A stretch of DNA of 64,000 bases from the NCBI GenBank assembly GCA_965223865.1, contig OZ245020.1, forward strand, positions 960,001-1,024,000, read 5' to 3'. The DNA comes from Nitrosarchaeum sp. (GTDB lineage: Archaea > Thermoproteota > Nitrososphaeria > Nitrososphaerales > Nitrosopumilaceae). Position numbers and translations under genes: made by a program. Below, piece after piece: positions 31,462 through 40,319 of this stretch (its first letter is position 1; the number at the start of each line of letters is the position of its first letter). Below the pieces are notes generated by a model. That model searched no databases. It had not been told where the DNA came from and saw only the letters and a program-made list of their open reading frames with translations.

Positions 31462-31989
31462 CTAAATCTTATCCAAAATTTTCCTTTTCTTTTCTCTAAA
31501 CTCTTTTTCTGTAATTATGCCTGATTTTCTCAATTCTCCTAGTTTTTCTAAAATGAGTAAATTTTTTTCAGAAGTTGATTTGATTGATTTTCCTGCCTTT
31601 ATCCCTTTTTTTACACCGGAAGCTGCACCCTCCTTTAGTCTTGAGCCAAAAATTCCACTTTTCCTGAGAATAGAATCACTAATGTTATGACCCTTCTTTT
31701 TTGCATCTCTTAGAAATTCTTCAGATTTTTTGACAGCAACCTCATCAACTAGCCTCTGTTTTTTTGCAAAACGTTGTAAGTCTTTGACTTTTCTTTCTAC
31801 GACTTTTTCCTGATTTTTTATATTTTTAATTATTTCATCTTTTGTTTTTTGTTTAAAACGACGCGTGTATTCTTCAATTATTAGTACTGGAAAAGGAGAA
31901 AATTCAACATCAAGATAATATTTGATAATATCATCATCTGAAATTGATTTGAGATATTCTCTGATTGATTTTTCCGATTTTAAATTCAT
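31462..31989 (-). CDS. SHOCT-domain protein
   Basis: C-terminal LEKLGELRKSGIITEKEFREKKRKIL. Confidence 0.75.
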   Translation of the reverse strand: MNLKSEKSIREYLKSISDDDIIKYYLDVEFSPFPVLIIEEYTRRFKQKTKDEIIKNIKNQEKVVERKVKDLQRFAKKQRLVDEVAVKKSEEFLRDAKKKGHNISDSILRKSGIFGSRLKEGAASGVKKGIKAGKSIKSTSEKNLLILEKLGELRKSGIITEKEFREKKRKILDKI

Positions 31990-32067
31990 GTATTTAATTC
32001 AAAACCAACGCTAAAAAACATTCATGGATCTTATTAAGTAGTTTGTACAATATAGACAGTAGAAATA

Positions 32068-32778
32068 TTGATTGTAGATACAGAACAAAAATCAAAAACT
32101 AAAGTCATTGTCCTAAAACCACATGTTGATAATTCAGAAGTTCAGGAATTGATTGAAAGGAAAAAAGCAGATTACTTTAGGCATCTTTTAAGAAAACCAG
32201 ACAAATCTGAAGTTCATGTCCATTCATTGGTTTTGGTGTATGAACCATTTATGATACTATCAGGACAATACAATGCGGATTTTCTACGAAAAACTACTCA
32301 CGAAATCAAGGTAGATCATAATGTAAAAGAGATTTTTTTTGGCGAAGGGGTGTTTCCTGCATCAAACTACACGACATCTAGCAAGTTTGGCTCAAAACTA
32401 CGAGGAAATTCAGTGCCTCTCGAACTTGAAGAACATGTCTTTGTCACAGAAGAAAAGGAGCTAATCTTGGATCATCATGGCGAGGTTAGAAAATTCACCT
32501 ACAAAGTAGATGCAAAGGATGTTGAAAACTATCCAAAGAGGATTTTAAAGAAAAATACTGTCAAAGAATTTGAGATAACAGAAGAGGCTGCAATTAAGAA
32601 ACTTGCCAATTCCTTACAGACACATCAAAGCTTTGAAGATGTACGAGATCTCAACGAAAATTTACTAATAAATGAGATAACAGAAATCTATATTCCGATA
32701 TTTGAGGCAAGGTTGATTGGACCTAAAAAGAAAGTCCAAATAGTGCGATTTGACGCAATAAAAAAGAAGTTTCTGTAG
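32068..32778 (+). CDS. Hypothetical protein (paralog of 35789-36390)
   Basis: 236 aa; shares EVHVHS, GEGVFP, EEH, LDHHG, NYP with the 35.8-36.4 kb copy. Confidence 0.75.
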   Translation: MIVDTEQKSKTKVIVLKPHVDNSEVQELIERKKADYFRHLLRKPDKSEVHVHSLVLVYEPFMILSGQYNADFLRKTTHEIKVDHNVKEIFFGEGVFPASNYTTSSKFGSKLRGNSVPLELEEHVFVTEEKELILDHHGEVRKFTYKVDAKDVENYPKRILKKNTVKEFEITEEAAIKKLANSLQTHQSFEDVRDLNENLLINEITEIYIPIFEARLIGPKKKVQIVRFDAIKKKFL

Positions 32779-33024
32779 AATTTTTATTTTTCCTCAAATA
32801 TTTTTCTATTTTTTTTAAACTTATTTCCTGTCAGAGATTTCATATGATAGTACTATTATACAAAAGATTTGTTACAAAATCAAATTAATATTCGCTCAAA
32901 CATCAGATTTAGAAAAAAAACTGGAACTGAACAACCTGTCCTTAATGTACAAGAAATCATTATGATTATTACACTGCTAAACAATTCCCAGTTTTGGAAA
33001 GCAAAAAAGAAGTGACATTTTTTG

Positions 33025-33468
33025 TTATTTTACTACAAGTAGTGGGCATTTCAGGTCCCTTACAAGATAGTTTGCCATGCTTTCATGGTATTTTCCTTCA
33101 GTAGCAATTAGCTTGGTCTGACCTATTACCACAAGGCCAATGTGATTTTTCTCAACATATTCTGAAATAGTGTTTGGGGCAAAAGATGATTTTAGAATTA
33201 CTTGTTTTATTGGCTTGTTCAGTTCCTTTATTTCAGATGAAATTTTTTTCAATTCATTTTCAACGATCTTCTTTTCTTGTTCAAATTTCTGTTTCTTGGC
33301 TTCCCTTCTAAAAAATGACAGTATTGACTGGTTTTCGACACATGTCAACAATGTAACTTGTCCATTAACCTTCTTTGCAAGTTCTATGGCAGCTTTTAAT
33401 CCTCGTTTTGCTCCTGCAGTTGCATTATAAGGTACTAAAATTGATTCAAAATCAAATTCTTCACTCAT
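33025..33468 (-). CDS. Universal stress protein
   Basis: FESILVPY, LVVIG, CPLLVVK. Confidence 0.85.
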   Translation of the reverse strand: MSEEFDFESILVPYNATAGAKRGLKAAIELAKKVNGQVTLLTCVENQSILSFFRREAKKQKFEQEKKIVENELKKISSEIKELNKPIKQVILKSSFAPNTISEYVEKNHIGLVVIGQTKLIATEGKYHESMANYLVRDLKCPLLVVK

Positions 33469-33709
33469 ATTTCACATATTCATTAATTGTATTTGAATTT
33501 AAACAAGAATTCAAAATCAAATGAGAAGGCAGTTTGCGTGACTAAATCCACTGCAACTATTATGCTGCAAAGAGGATGGGCAGACTACTTTTAGTGTATA
33601 CAAAAGACACTGACCTGAGGATAATGCTATTTCTGATAAATGTGTAAATCCCACGACTGAAAATCAAGTTTACATACTTTATTATGTTTTTGTTTTTATG
33701 TGAACTAGT

Positions 33710-34435
33710 ATGAGTTCACAAGAAATTACAAATGAAAAAATTTTGATTGTGGCATTTCCCAGCGTAGGTCTGGTGGGAGCTTTTGCTACATCTTACCTTG
33801 TCACGCAATTACAAATGAAAGATATGGGAGAACTAGAATTTGCCGAGATTTCTCCAACATATACAATTAAAAATGGAGAAATCTATGGACCAATTCGCAT
33901 CTACAACAAGGATAACATATATGCCATTTTAGCCAGCATTCCGTTGAGTCCCATCTCCACATATGATCTAATTATAAAGTCAATAGAGTTTGCAAAAAAT
34001 AACAATATCAAAAAATTAATTATTCCACGAGGATTGGAAGTTAGCAAAGAATACAAAGATGAACCTAAATCATATGGCCTGGCCGTGAACAATATTTCAA
34101 AACCCCTTTTAGATGAACATAATTTACCAATTATTCCCGGTGCAACAATTCTTGGTGCTGATGCGAGTGTTATTTCTGCATTAAAAAATTCTGAAATTTT
34201 GTGCATTGTTTTGTACACTACTTGCCGTATGATGATGCCTGATGATGATGCCATCATTAAAGCCGTCAACACGCTTGCAGACGTCATTAATGTCAAAGTG
34301 GAAACTGAACAGTTTGAGGAGAGGCTTGAAAAGATAAGTAAAGAAAACGAGAAACTAATAGAAGAAACTAAAAAATATTTTGACAATCTAAAAGGAAAAC
34401 CTGCATCCATACCACAGCCGCCTGGAGTAGCATGA
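33710..34435 (+). CDS. PAC2-family proteasome assembly chaperone
   Basis: IVAFPSVGLVG..ATSYL, PIRIY, MPDDDA, C-terminal coiled coil. Confidence 0.8.
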   Translation: MSSQEITNEKILIVAFPSVGLVGAFATSYLVTQLQMKDMGELEFAEISPTYTIKNGEIYGPIRIYNKDNIYAILASIPLSPISTYDLIIKSIEFAKNNNIKKLIIPRGLEVSKEYKDEPKSYGLAVNNISKPLLDEHNLPIIPGATILGADASVISALKNSEILCIVLYTTCRMMMPDDDAIIKAVNTLADVINVKVETEQFEERLEKISKENEKLIEETKKYFDNLKGKPASIPQPPGVA

Positions 34436-34552
34436 TTTTTAATATTTCAGATGTCGCTAATGTAGATTTGTTTTTTTACAATAAATGTTTCGCCATTTTT
34501 TTGTTTGAAAAAGTATATGTGAATTTATTTAACACTACCTGATATTGTCTTT

Positions 34553-35026
34553 GTGTATAATACTATTCTAGTTCCTCATGCTGGTACCTCCGCAGGTGAT
34601 GAGGCATTAAAGCATGCAGTACACATTGCAAAGAGCTCATCTGCTAAGATCATACTATTGCATATAATCGAAGAAATTCAAAGACCCCCTACATTTGGAC
34701 TGTCTGAATCTGAAAGAGAAAAAATCCTAGACAACATAAGGGATGCCAATGAATCCATACGAGCAGAATCAAAAAAAGAGATGGAGAAAAGAGCAGACAC
34801 ACAATGTAAAGAAAATAAAATTGAAACTGAAGTTAGAGTACGTGTAGGCGATGCCGCACAGATAATTTTAGACACAATAGAGCAAGAAAATGTAGATCTT
34901 GTAGTTATGGCAAAAAGAAGAAAGCTGAAGGGAGTAAAAAAACTGCTTAGTCTTGGAAGTGTCTCAAGAAAAGTGGTTGAAAACGTTACATGCCCTGTCA
35001 TGTTGCTTGATATAGAAAACTTGTGA
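34553..35026 (+). CDS. Universal stress protein
   Basis: YNTILVPH, DLVVMA, LGSVSRKVVENVTCPVML. Confidence 0.9.
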   Translation: MYNTILVPHAGTSAGDEALKHAVHIAKSSSAKIILLHIIEEIQRPPTFGLSESEREKILDNIRDANESIRAESKKEMEKRADTQCKENKIETEVRVRVGDAAQIILDTIEQENVDLVVMAKRRKLKGVKKLLSLGSVSRKVVENVTCPVMLLDIENL

Positions 35027-35280
35027 TAGTTTAGTCATCTGGATTGCATAATGATGAAATGATAATATGCAAAACAATCTTGATTTCACATAGTGAAATT
35101 GTTGTTACTTGATGTCGCTCTAGGCTAACAAAAATTACTATGTGTTGAGTATTTTTAATTGATATTTCGTGAATAGCAATTCACACTCTAAATTTATGTG
35201 TCTAAGATAATTTAATTGAGAAAAATAACTTTTAATATAATCTGTAAGTATGTATGAAAAAAACCTACTCATCAACAATT

Positions 35281-35673
35281 CTAAACTGTAGTAATTGTAA
35301 TCTCATCAAATATCTCTTCTGCCTTTTTAATTATTTTCTTGTCATCTGCAACAGACTCTGCTGTAACGAGTACCAAGTTTTCTCCAATTGGCACACTGAT
35401 AACCAGCTGCTTTGCTCTTCTGGATGCAATATAATCAATTGGACCAAAAACATCATCAAGATCCTGTCTCATATTGAAATCAAGCTGCATCTGCATGTAA
35501 AACATACCTATCTTTTCATCAGACAACAATGGTTTTATCCCTTCTTTGAAACCACCTGCAATCAAACGACCCAGTGAATTTATTACTCCGACGTGTTGAA
35601 CTTTTTCTTCATGGGATAGTTTTTTGCAAGCATTATCCAATTCCTTAATCTTTTCTGGAGATATGATTGCCAT
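35281..35673 (-). CDS. DUF6659/roadblock-like protein
   Basis: VGVINSLGRLIAGG, MRQDLDDVFGPIDY.ASRR. Confidence 0.7.
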   Translation of the reverse strand: MAIISPEKIKELDNACKKLSHEEKVQHVGVINSLGRLIAGGFKEGIKPLLSDEKIGMFYMQMQLDFNMRQDLDDVFGPIDYIASRRAKQLVISVPIGENLVLVTAESVADDKKIIKKAEEIFDEITITTV

Positions 35674-35788
35674 AATCGCTAGCAAATTTCGAGTAATTTT
35701 AACTAATGTTTGAATAAAGAAAATTTAGGAAAATAGTACCAGTATAAACTGATATTTTTAACTATGAACAATTGTAATATGTAACAAC

Positions 35789-36390
35789 ATGACCAAAGAT
35801 GACGTCAAAAATGATGATGATTATTCACAAGACTCTGTTGATCTTGCGCATGTAGAACAAAAAACAGTTGTTCTAAAAAACCAACTGGAAGAAGAAGATG
35901 CCGACCAAATTATTTATAGCAAAAAATGTCCTTGTTTGGTTCGGCATTTAGCAGACCAAAACCTGAGGAGATACATGTTCATTCTAAGATAACTGCATAC
36001 GAATCATACCTAATAATTTCAGGAAAATATGAGGTCGATTTTTACCGAAAGGCTTTACATAAAATAAATGTGGATGGGGATGTTACAGAGATTCTCATAG
36101 GCGAGGGGGTATTTCCTATCAAATCAAAATCAGGAGTTTGGGATAAATTTGAAGATAAGATGAAAGAAGGTATTGGAATTGACAAAGAAGAAGTAGAGAT
36201 AGAAGTGGAAGAACATGCCATAAGACGTCAGAGCGGTACGTTAACATTGGATCATCATGGAAACGAAGTCAAAGAATTTCAATACAAAATTGATTCATCA
36301 ACAATTGCAAACTATCCAAGATCCGTTGATAAGAAAAAGAGAATAGAAATACTAAGAATTGACGGAGTAACTAAAAAGATTCTAAACTAA
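35789..36390 (+). pseudogene. Degraded paralog of 32068-32778 (frameshift plus internal deletion)
   Basis: Frame break in A6 run at 35921-35926; jumps from NYPRSV to DKKKRIEILRID, missing ~55-60 aa present in the paralog. Confidence 0.65.
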
Positions 36391-36767
36391 ATCTTATCTA
36401 ACAAATCCTTTTTCTTTGAATTAAATTCTTTTTCAGTTATTATTCCTTGTTCTTTTAGCTTTGCAAGTCTCTCTAGCAGATTTATTATTTCGTTTTTTGA
36501 ATCAACTGATTTTGGTCTTAGTTTTTTTGCGGCATCCCAACTGTCATCTACTACATCATCAATCTTTTCACCTAATTCTTCAGCTTCTCTTGCAGCAATT
36601 TTGCTAAGCTCAATGCCTTGGCGCCTTATTTCATCTGCTTTTTTTGCAAGATTTTCTAAAAATCCTTTCTTTGGCAGAGAACCTCGTGCAATTTTGGTTT
36701 CAGCGTGTTCCCAATCATTATCAGGTACAATATTTTCTGACTGTTCATCTTTCTTGTCAGTACTCAT
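36387..36767 (-). CDS. SHOCT-domain protein
   Basis: Likely start MSTDKK (36767); C-terminal LERLAKLKEQGIITEKEFNSKKKDLL. Confidence 0.75.
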   Translation of the reverse strand: MSTDKKDEQSENIVPDNDWEHAETKIARGSLPKKGFLENLAKKADEIRRQGIELSKIAAREAEELGEKIDDVVDDSWDAAKKLRPKSVDSKNEIINLLERLAKLKEQGIITEKEFNSKKKDLLDKI

Positions 36768-36893
36768 ACAGTAAATACAACACCCTCGTAAATAAACTCC
36801 AATATCATAACAGTACATTATTAGATTATTTTCAAACATTAGATAGCATAGGACTCGATAACGCTGGAGATTGCTAACAGGTCTGATATTTCC

Positions 36894-37115
36894 ATGAAGA
36901 TAACCGATCTTGAGCAAAAGATAGACATGCTAGTAGAAGAACAGGCAAAACACCAGACAGAGCTAAACAAACTTGCAGTACTATCAGAAAAACCTGCATA
37001 TTACGAACAAAAAGTTACAGAACACTCCAACAAGATAATTCAGCTAAGAAACGAGATCAGAGAAGCAAAATTCCAGCTGTATGGAAGCATGTGTGAGGTA
37101 TACAAAAACCCATAA
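36894..37115 (+). CDS. Small coiled-coil protein
   Basis: 73 aa with heptad pattern. Confidence 0.6.
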   Translation: MKITDLEQKIDMLVEEQAKHQTELNKLAVLSEKPAYYEQKVTEHSNKIIQLRNEIREAKFQLYGSMCEVYKNP

Positions 37116-37207
37116 TTCTTTATTTTTTTATATCCATAATTTTGTTATGATAATTGACACACAACCAATGTTAATTCTTACATGACTAAAAACAAAAAAG
37201 AGGTAGA

Positions 37208-38263
37208 TTATTTGTTAAGGACTATGGCATAGCTTACCGTAAATGGAGTTTCATTCATTGTGTGTACTGCAAGTGCGTTGCCAGAAAACACCCAAGAACC
37301 AGCCGACTTTTTAGGATCTACCAAAACCAAGGCGTATTTTGTCTTGCCGTCTGTAGTCCAAGTAGGCTGTCCTGCAAGCTCACCTTCTGGAATTGGTCCA
37401 ATCAAAGTAACTAACTGAATTGGTTCAGATGCATCATATGTCAAATGTCCTCTGTAAATCTTCTTGTCCATTGGTGGAAGTAATACTGCAAGCTGGTGTG
37501 ACTCGTGTCCCATTCCAGGATCCTGCTCTGAGGTCATTGTTCCTCTGAGGATCTTTTGGTTGTCAACTGTATGCTCAGTGTATGTGACAGAATATGTTAC
37601 TGTGAATGGTTTTGTGTTTTTTGTGTGAACCGCAAGTGCGTTTCCTGTAAACTGCCATACTCCTGCAGAGTTTTGGTTGTCGACAAGCGTTAGACCATAC
37701 TTTGTCTTTCCATCAGTTGTCCATATTGCTTGTCCCTTGTCCTTGCCTTCTGCAAGTGGTCCGTTTAATGCAACTAGCTGTACATTTTCTGATGCAGAGT
37801 ATGTCAGGTGGCCTCTATAGATTTTGTCACTTGGTTGTAGTATGATGGCCAGTTGATGACTTTCATGACCCAACCCTGGATCCTGTTTTGATACAATACT
37901 TCCAGTAACTGTCTTTGAAGTCTTTGTCGTAGCAGATGATTGTTGTTTTGCTTGCTTCATTGTTTCTGCTTTTTTGTCTTTTGTTGGTACTTGTGTTGCC
38001 TTTTTAGCCTCTTCAGTCTTTTTTTCAGTCTTTATCTCTTCTTTCTTTTTGCTACTTTCTTCTTTGGCTTTTTCTGATCTTACTTCAGAACATAATTTGT
38101 CACCGCAAACTACTCCTTTGGTGGCAGAGCCATACTTTGATGATGATACTCCTTTACCCTGGAGTGCATCAGCTGTTTGTAGCAGATTTAAGGGGCCAGA
38201 CACTGCACCTAACAAAAGCACAGAGACTGTAAACAATGCAACAAAAGTTGTTTTATTTGTCAT
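37208..38263 (-). CDS. Exported protein with duplicated QDPGxGHESHQLA domain
   Basis: Signal peptide, VCGDKLCSE motif, Lys-rich linker, two ~115-aa near-identical domains. Confidence 0.8.
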   Translation of the reverse strand: MTNKTTFVALFTVSVLLLGAVSGPLNLLQTADALQGKGVSSSKYGSATKGVVCGDKLCSEVRSEKAKEESSKKKEEIKTEKKTEEAKKATQVPTKDKKAETMKQAKQQSSATTKTSKTVTGSIVSKQDPGLGHESHQLAIILQPSDKIYRGHLTYSASENVQLVALNGPLAEGKDKGQAIWTTDGKTKYGLTLVDNQNSAGVWQFTGNALAVHTKNTKPFTVTYSVTYTEHTVDNQKILRGTMTSEQDPGMGHESHQLAVLLPPMDKKIYRGHLTYDASEPIQLVTLIGPIPEGELAGQPTWTTDGKTKYALVLVDPKKSAGSWVFSGNALAVHTMNETPFTVSYAIVLNK

Positions 38264-38390
38264 TGGATTGACACGATCGTTCTTGAATTTAAACAATAGT
38301 TTTTTTCATTTTATTTTACACTGGTTGCATTTTGGTGTCTTGTTCGATATTTTGTTCTTGAATATATTTCTCATCAAATTTTCTTTATTT

Positions 38391-40184
38391 TCACTTTTTG
38401 CCTTGTTCATCTTCCTCTTTTTTTGGGTCCCCAATACCATATTCATCTTCCTCTTTTTTTGGGTCCCCAATACCATATTCATCCAGAATATGTTTGCGCT
38501 CTTCATCGTATTTTGAGATTTCCTCAAATTCTCTTTTTTCATCTCCCTGGTAGATTGTTCTGATTGGCCAGGGAATCCGTATGTCATATTTTTTGAACTC
38601 TTTGTACATCATCATACGCATGTCACTTTCTACTTTGAATTGTGAGCCATAATCTCTGACGTACACCCACATCGCAAAATATAACGATGAATCGTCAAAT
38701 TTTCGAAATCTTACCTTTGGCTGTTCCATATCAACTAGGACGTCCTTGTCACATCCACAGCTTGGCTTGCCTTCCAGAAGATAAGGGCACTGCTCTTGAA
38801 TTATCATGTGGGCGCCATCTGAGTCGATTATCTCTTTCATTGCTCTTTTTCCTATCTTTACTAGTATTGCAGCAACTTGTTCTGGATCATTTAGATATGA
38901 TACGCCAACGTCAATCTCTGCTGGAACAAGCTTGAATGAGGTGGTATAGTTGATGATTTTTGATGTAACAAGTTGCCTTGTTGGAATAATTGCCAATGAC
39001 TCGTTTAGAGCATGTCTGATGTATGTTACACGAGGCGTGATTCGATGAACATACCCATTGTATCCATCCACCTCAATTCTGTCCCCTTCCAGAAATATTC
39101 TGTCTTTTCTGATAAAGACATATGCAAAGTAATTTTCCATTGTATCTTTTAGTGCAAAACCTATTCCGATTGACAAACCTCCAGTGGCAGTAGCTAAAAC
39201 AACAAGATCAACCTGCCACCATGCAACAATTCCAAGAAAGACTGCTACGTTGACAATTATCGGAATCCATTGTCTGAATGATTTTGGTATGTCTTGTACT
39301 CTTTTTTGTGCCCATCCGGGTGGTTGTCCGCCAGGTATGATCGGAGCATAATCTCCAAGTCTTTTTTGTTCAGTCCAAATATCAAAAGGATACACTTCTT
39401 GAGGAGTCACACCTAGTCTTAGTTTGTGTCCTGCAGCGTTGTTTCCTATTGTACAATCCTCAAGATATTTTAGGTATTTTCTTTTTTCAGATTTTTTCCA
39501 TTCCTTTAGAGGATCATCTACTAATTCTTTGTAGCTACCTATGGTAAACCCACGAGTTGTTCTAAACTGCTCAAGACTCTTTTTTCCCTTTTTTGTCTTC
39601 AACAGTTTATGAAATACCTCATCGGACATATTTTTGGGTGAATACTTTGGAGGAATCCATTCAAAAATTTTATGAAAAAAGTCTGGCTTATCGTCTGCAA
39701 ATCCCGTCATCATTTTCCAAGAATCAAAATCAATACGTTCCTGTTTTATCCTGTCGTATTTTGTAATTAGAATCGGAATCAATTGAGATACTGCATAACC
39801 AACTGCAAAAATATTCATTGATGTTAGCAGTTTCGCGAAGATCTCTCGTTGAGTTAGATGATCACTTGCTTGAGCTTCAAGCACTTCGATTCTTTCATCA
39901 AAGAGCTCAAAGATCTGAACATATACATTGACAGCGGTAATGATAGCTATGGCAAAAAATGGCAACATTGCCTTTCTAGTAAATTCTGCTAACTCTGGAT
40001 GAATGTGGCTTATTCTTTTTGAGGTGGCCCATCTTGCAAAACTTCTATGTATTGCAACAATAGAAATTATTCCAATTATGAGAATTACAAGTGCTATCTG
40101 AATCAAAGGTGATGATAATACGAGCTCACTTAGTGTTTGAACTTGGCTTGCATTAATACCGGATACTATTGCTTCTTCTACCAC
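38391..40184 (-). CDS. Mechanosensitive channel (MscS family), enlarged
   Basis: GGLSIGIGFALKDTMENY, GDRIEVDG..G.V..I..R.T, IINYT, VGVSY, F..FDDSSL.F, IRIPWPIR. Confidence 0.85.
   Translation of the reverse strand: MVEEAIVSGINASQVQTLSELVLSSPLIQIALVILIIGIISIVAIHRSFARWATSKRISHIHPELAEFTRKAMLPFFAIAIITAVNVYVQIFELFDERIEVLEAQASDHLTQREIFAKLLTSMNIFAVGYAVSQLIPILITKYDRIKQERIDFDSWKMMTGFADDKPDFFHKIFEWIPPKYSPKNMSDEVFHKLLKTKKGKKSLEQFRTTRGFTIGSYKELVDDPLKEWKKSEKRKYLKYLEDCTIGNNAAGHKLRLGVTPQEVYPFDIWTEQKRLGDYAPIIPGGQPPGWAQKRVQDIPKSFRQWIPIIVNVAVFLGIVAWWQVDLVVLATATGGLSIGIGFALKDTMENYFAYVFIRKDRIFLEGDRIEVDGYNGYVHRITPRVTYIRHALNESLAIIPTRQLVTSKIINYTTSFKLVPAEIDVGVSYLNDPEQVAAILVKIGKRAMKEIIDSDGAHMIIQEQCPYLLEGKPSCGCDKDVLVDMEQPKVRFRKFDDSSLYFAMWVYVRDYGSQFKVESDMRMMMYKEFKKYDIRIPWPIRTIYQGDEKREFEEISKYDEERKHILDEYGIGDPKKEEDEYGIGDPKKEEDEQGKK
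38406..38483. repeat. 36-bp in-frame tandem duplication (DEYGIGDPKKEE x2) at MscS C-terminus
   Basis: Identical units starting at 38406 and 38442, partial third at 38478. Confidence 0.9.
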
Positions 40185-40319
40185 GTAACTTTATTGCAAG
40201 GCAGGAATTTATCTATAATGACTCAATTAGATTGAGGGTAATCTTACTTTACATTATTGCATTCATTACCTTCTATATTCCTGAGAATCTTTTATTAACT
40301 ACAATCGTTTTTCTGAAAC

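Noticed and set aside
38406-38483. 36-bp repeats as a possible CRISPR array
   Set aside because: Units are contiguous with no spacers, in frame within a CDS, and no cas genes are present
38306-38587. ORF with repeated MNMVLGTQKKRK
   Set aside because: Alternate-frame reading of the 36-bp MscS duplication
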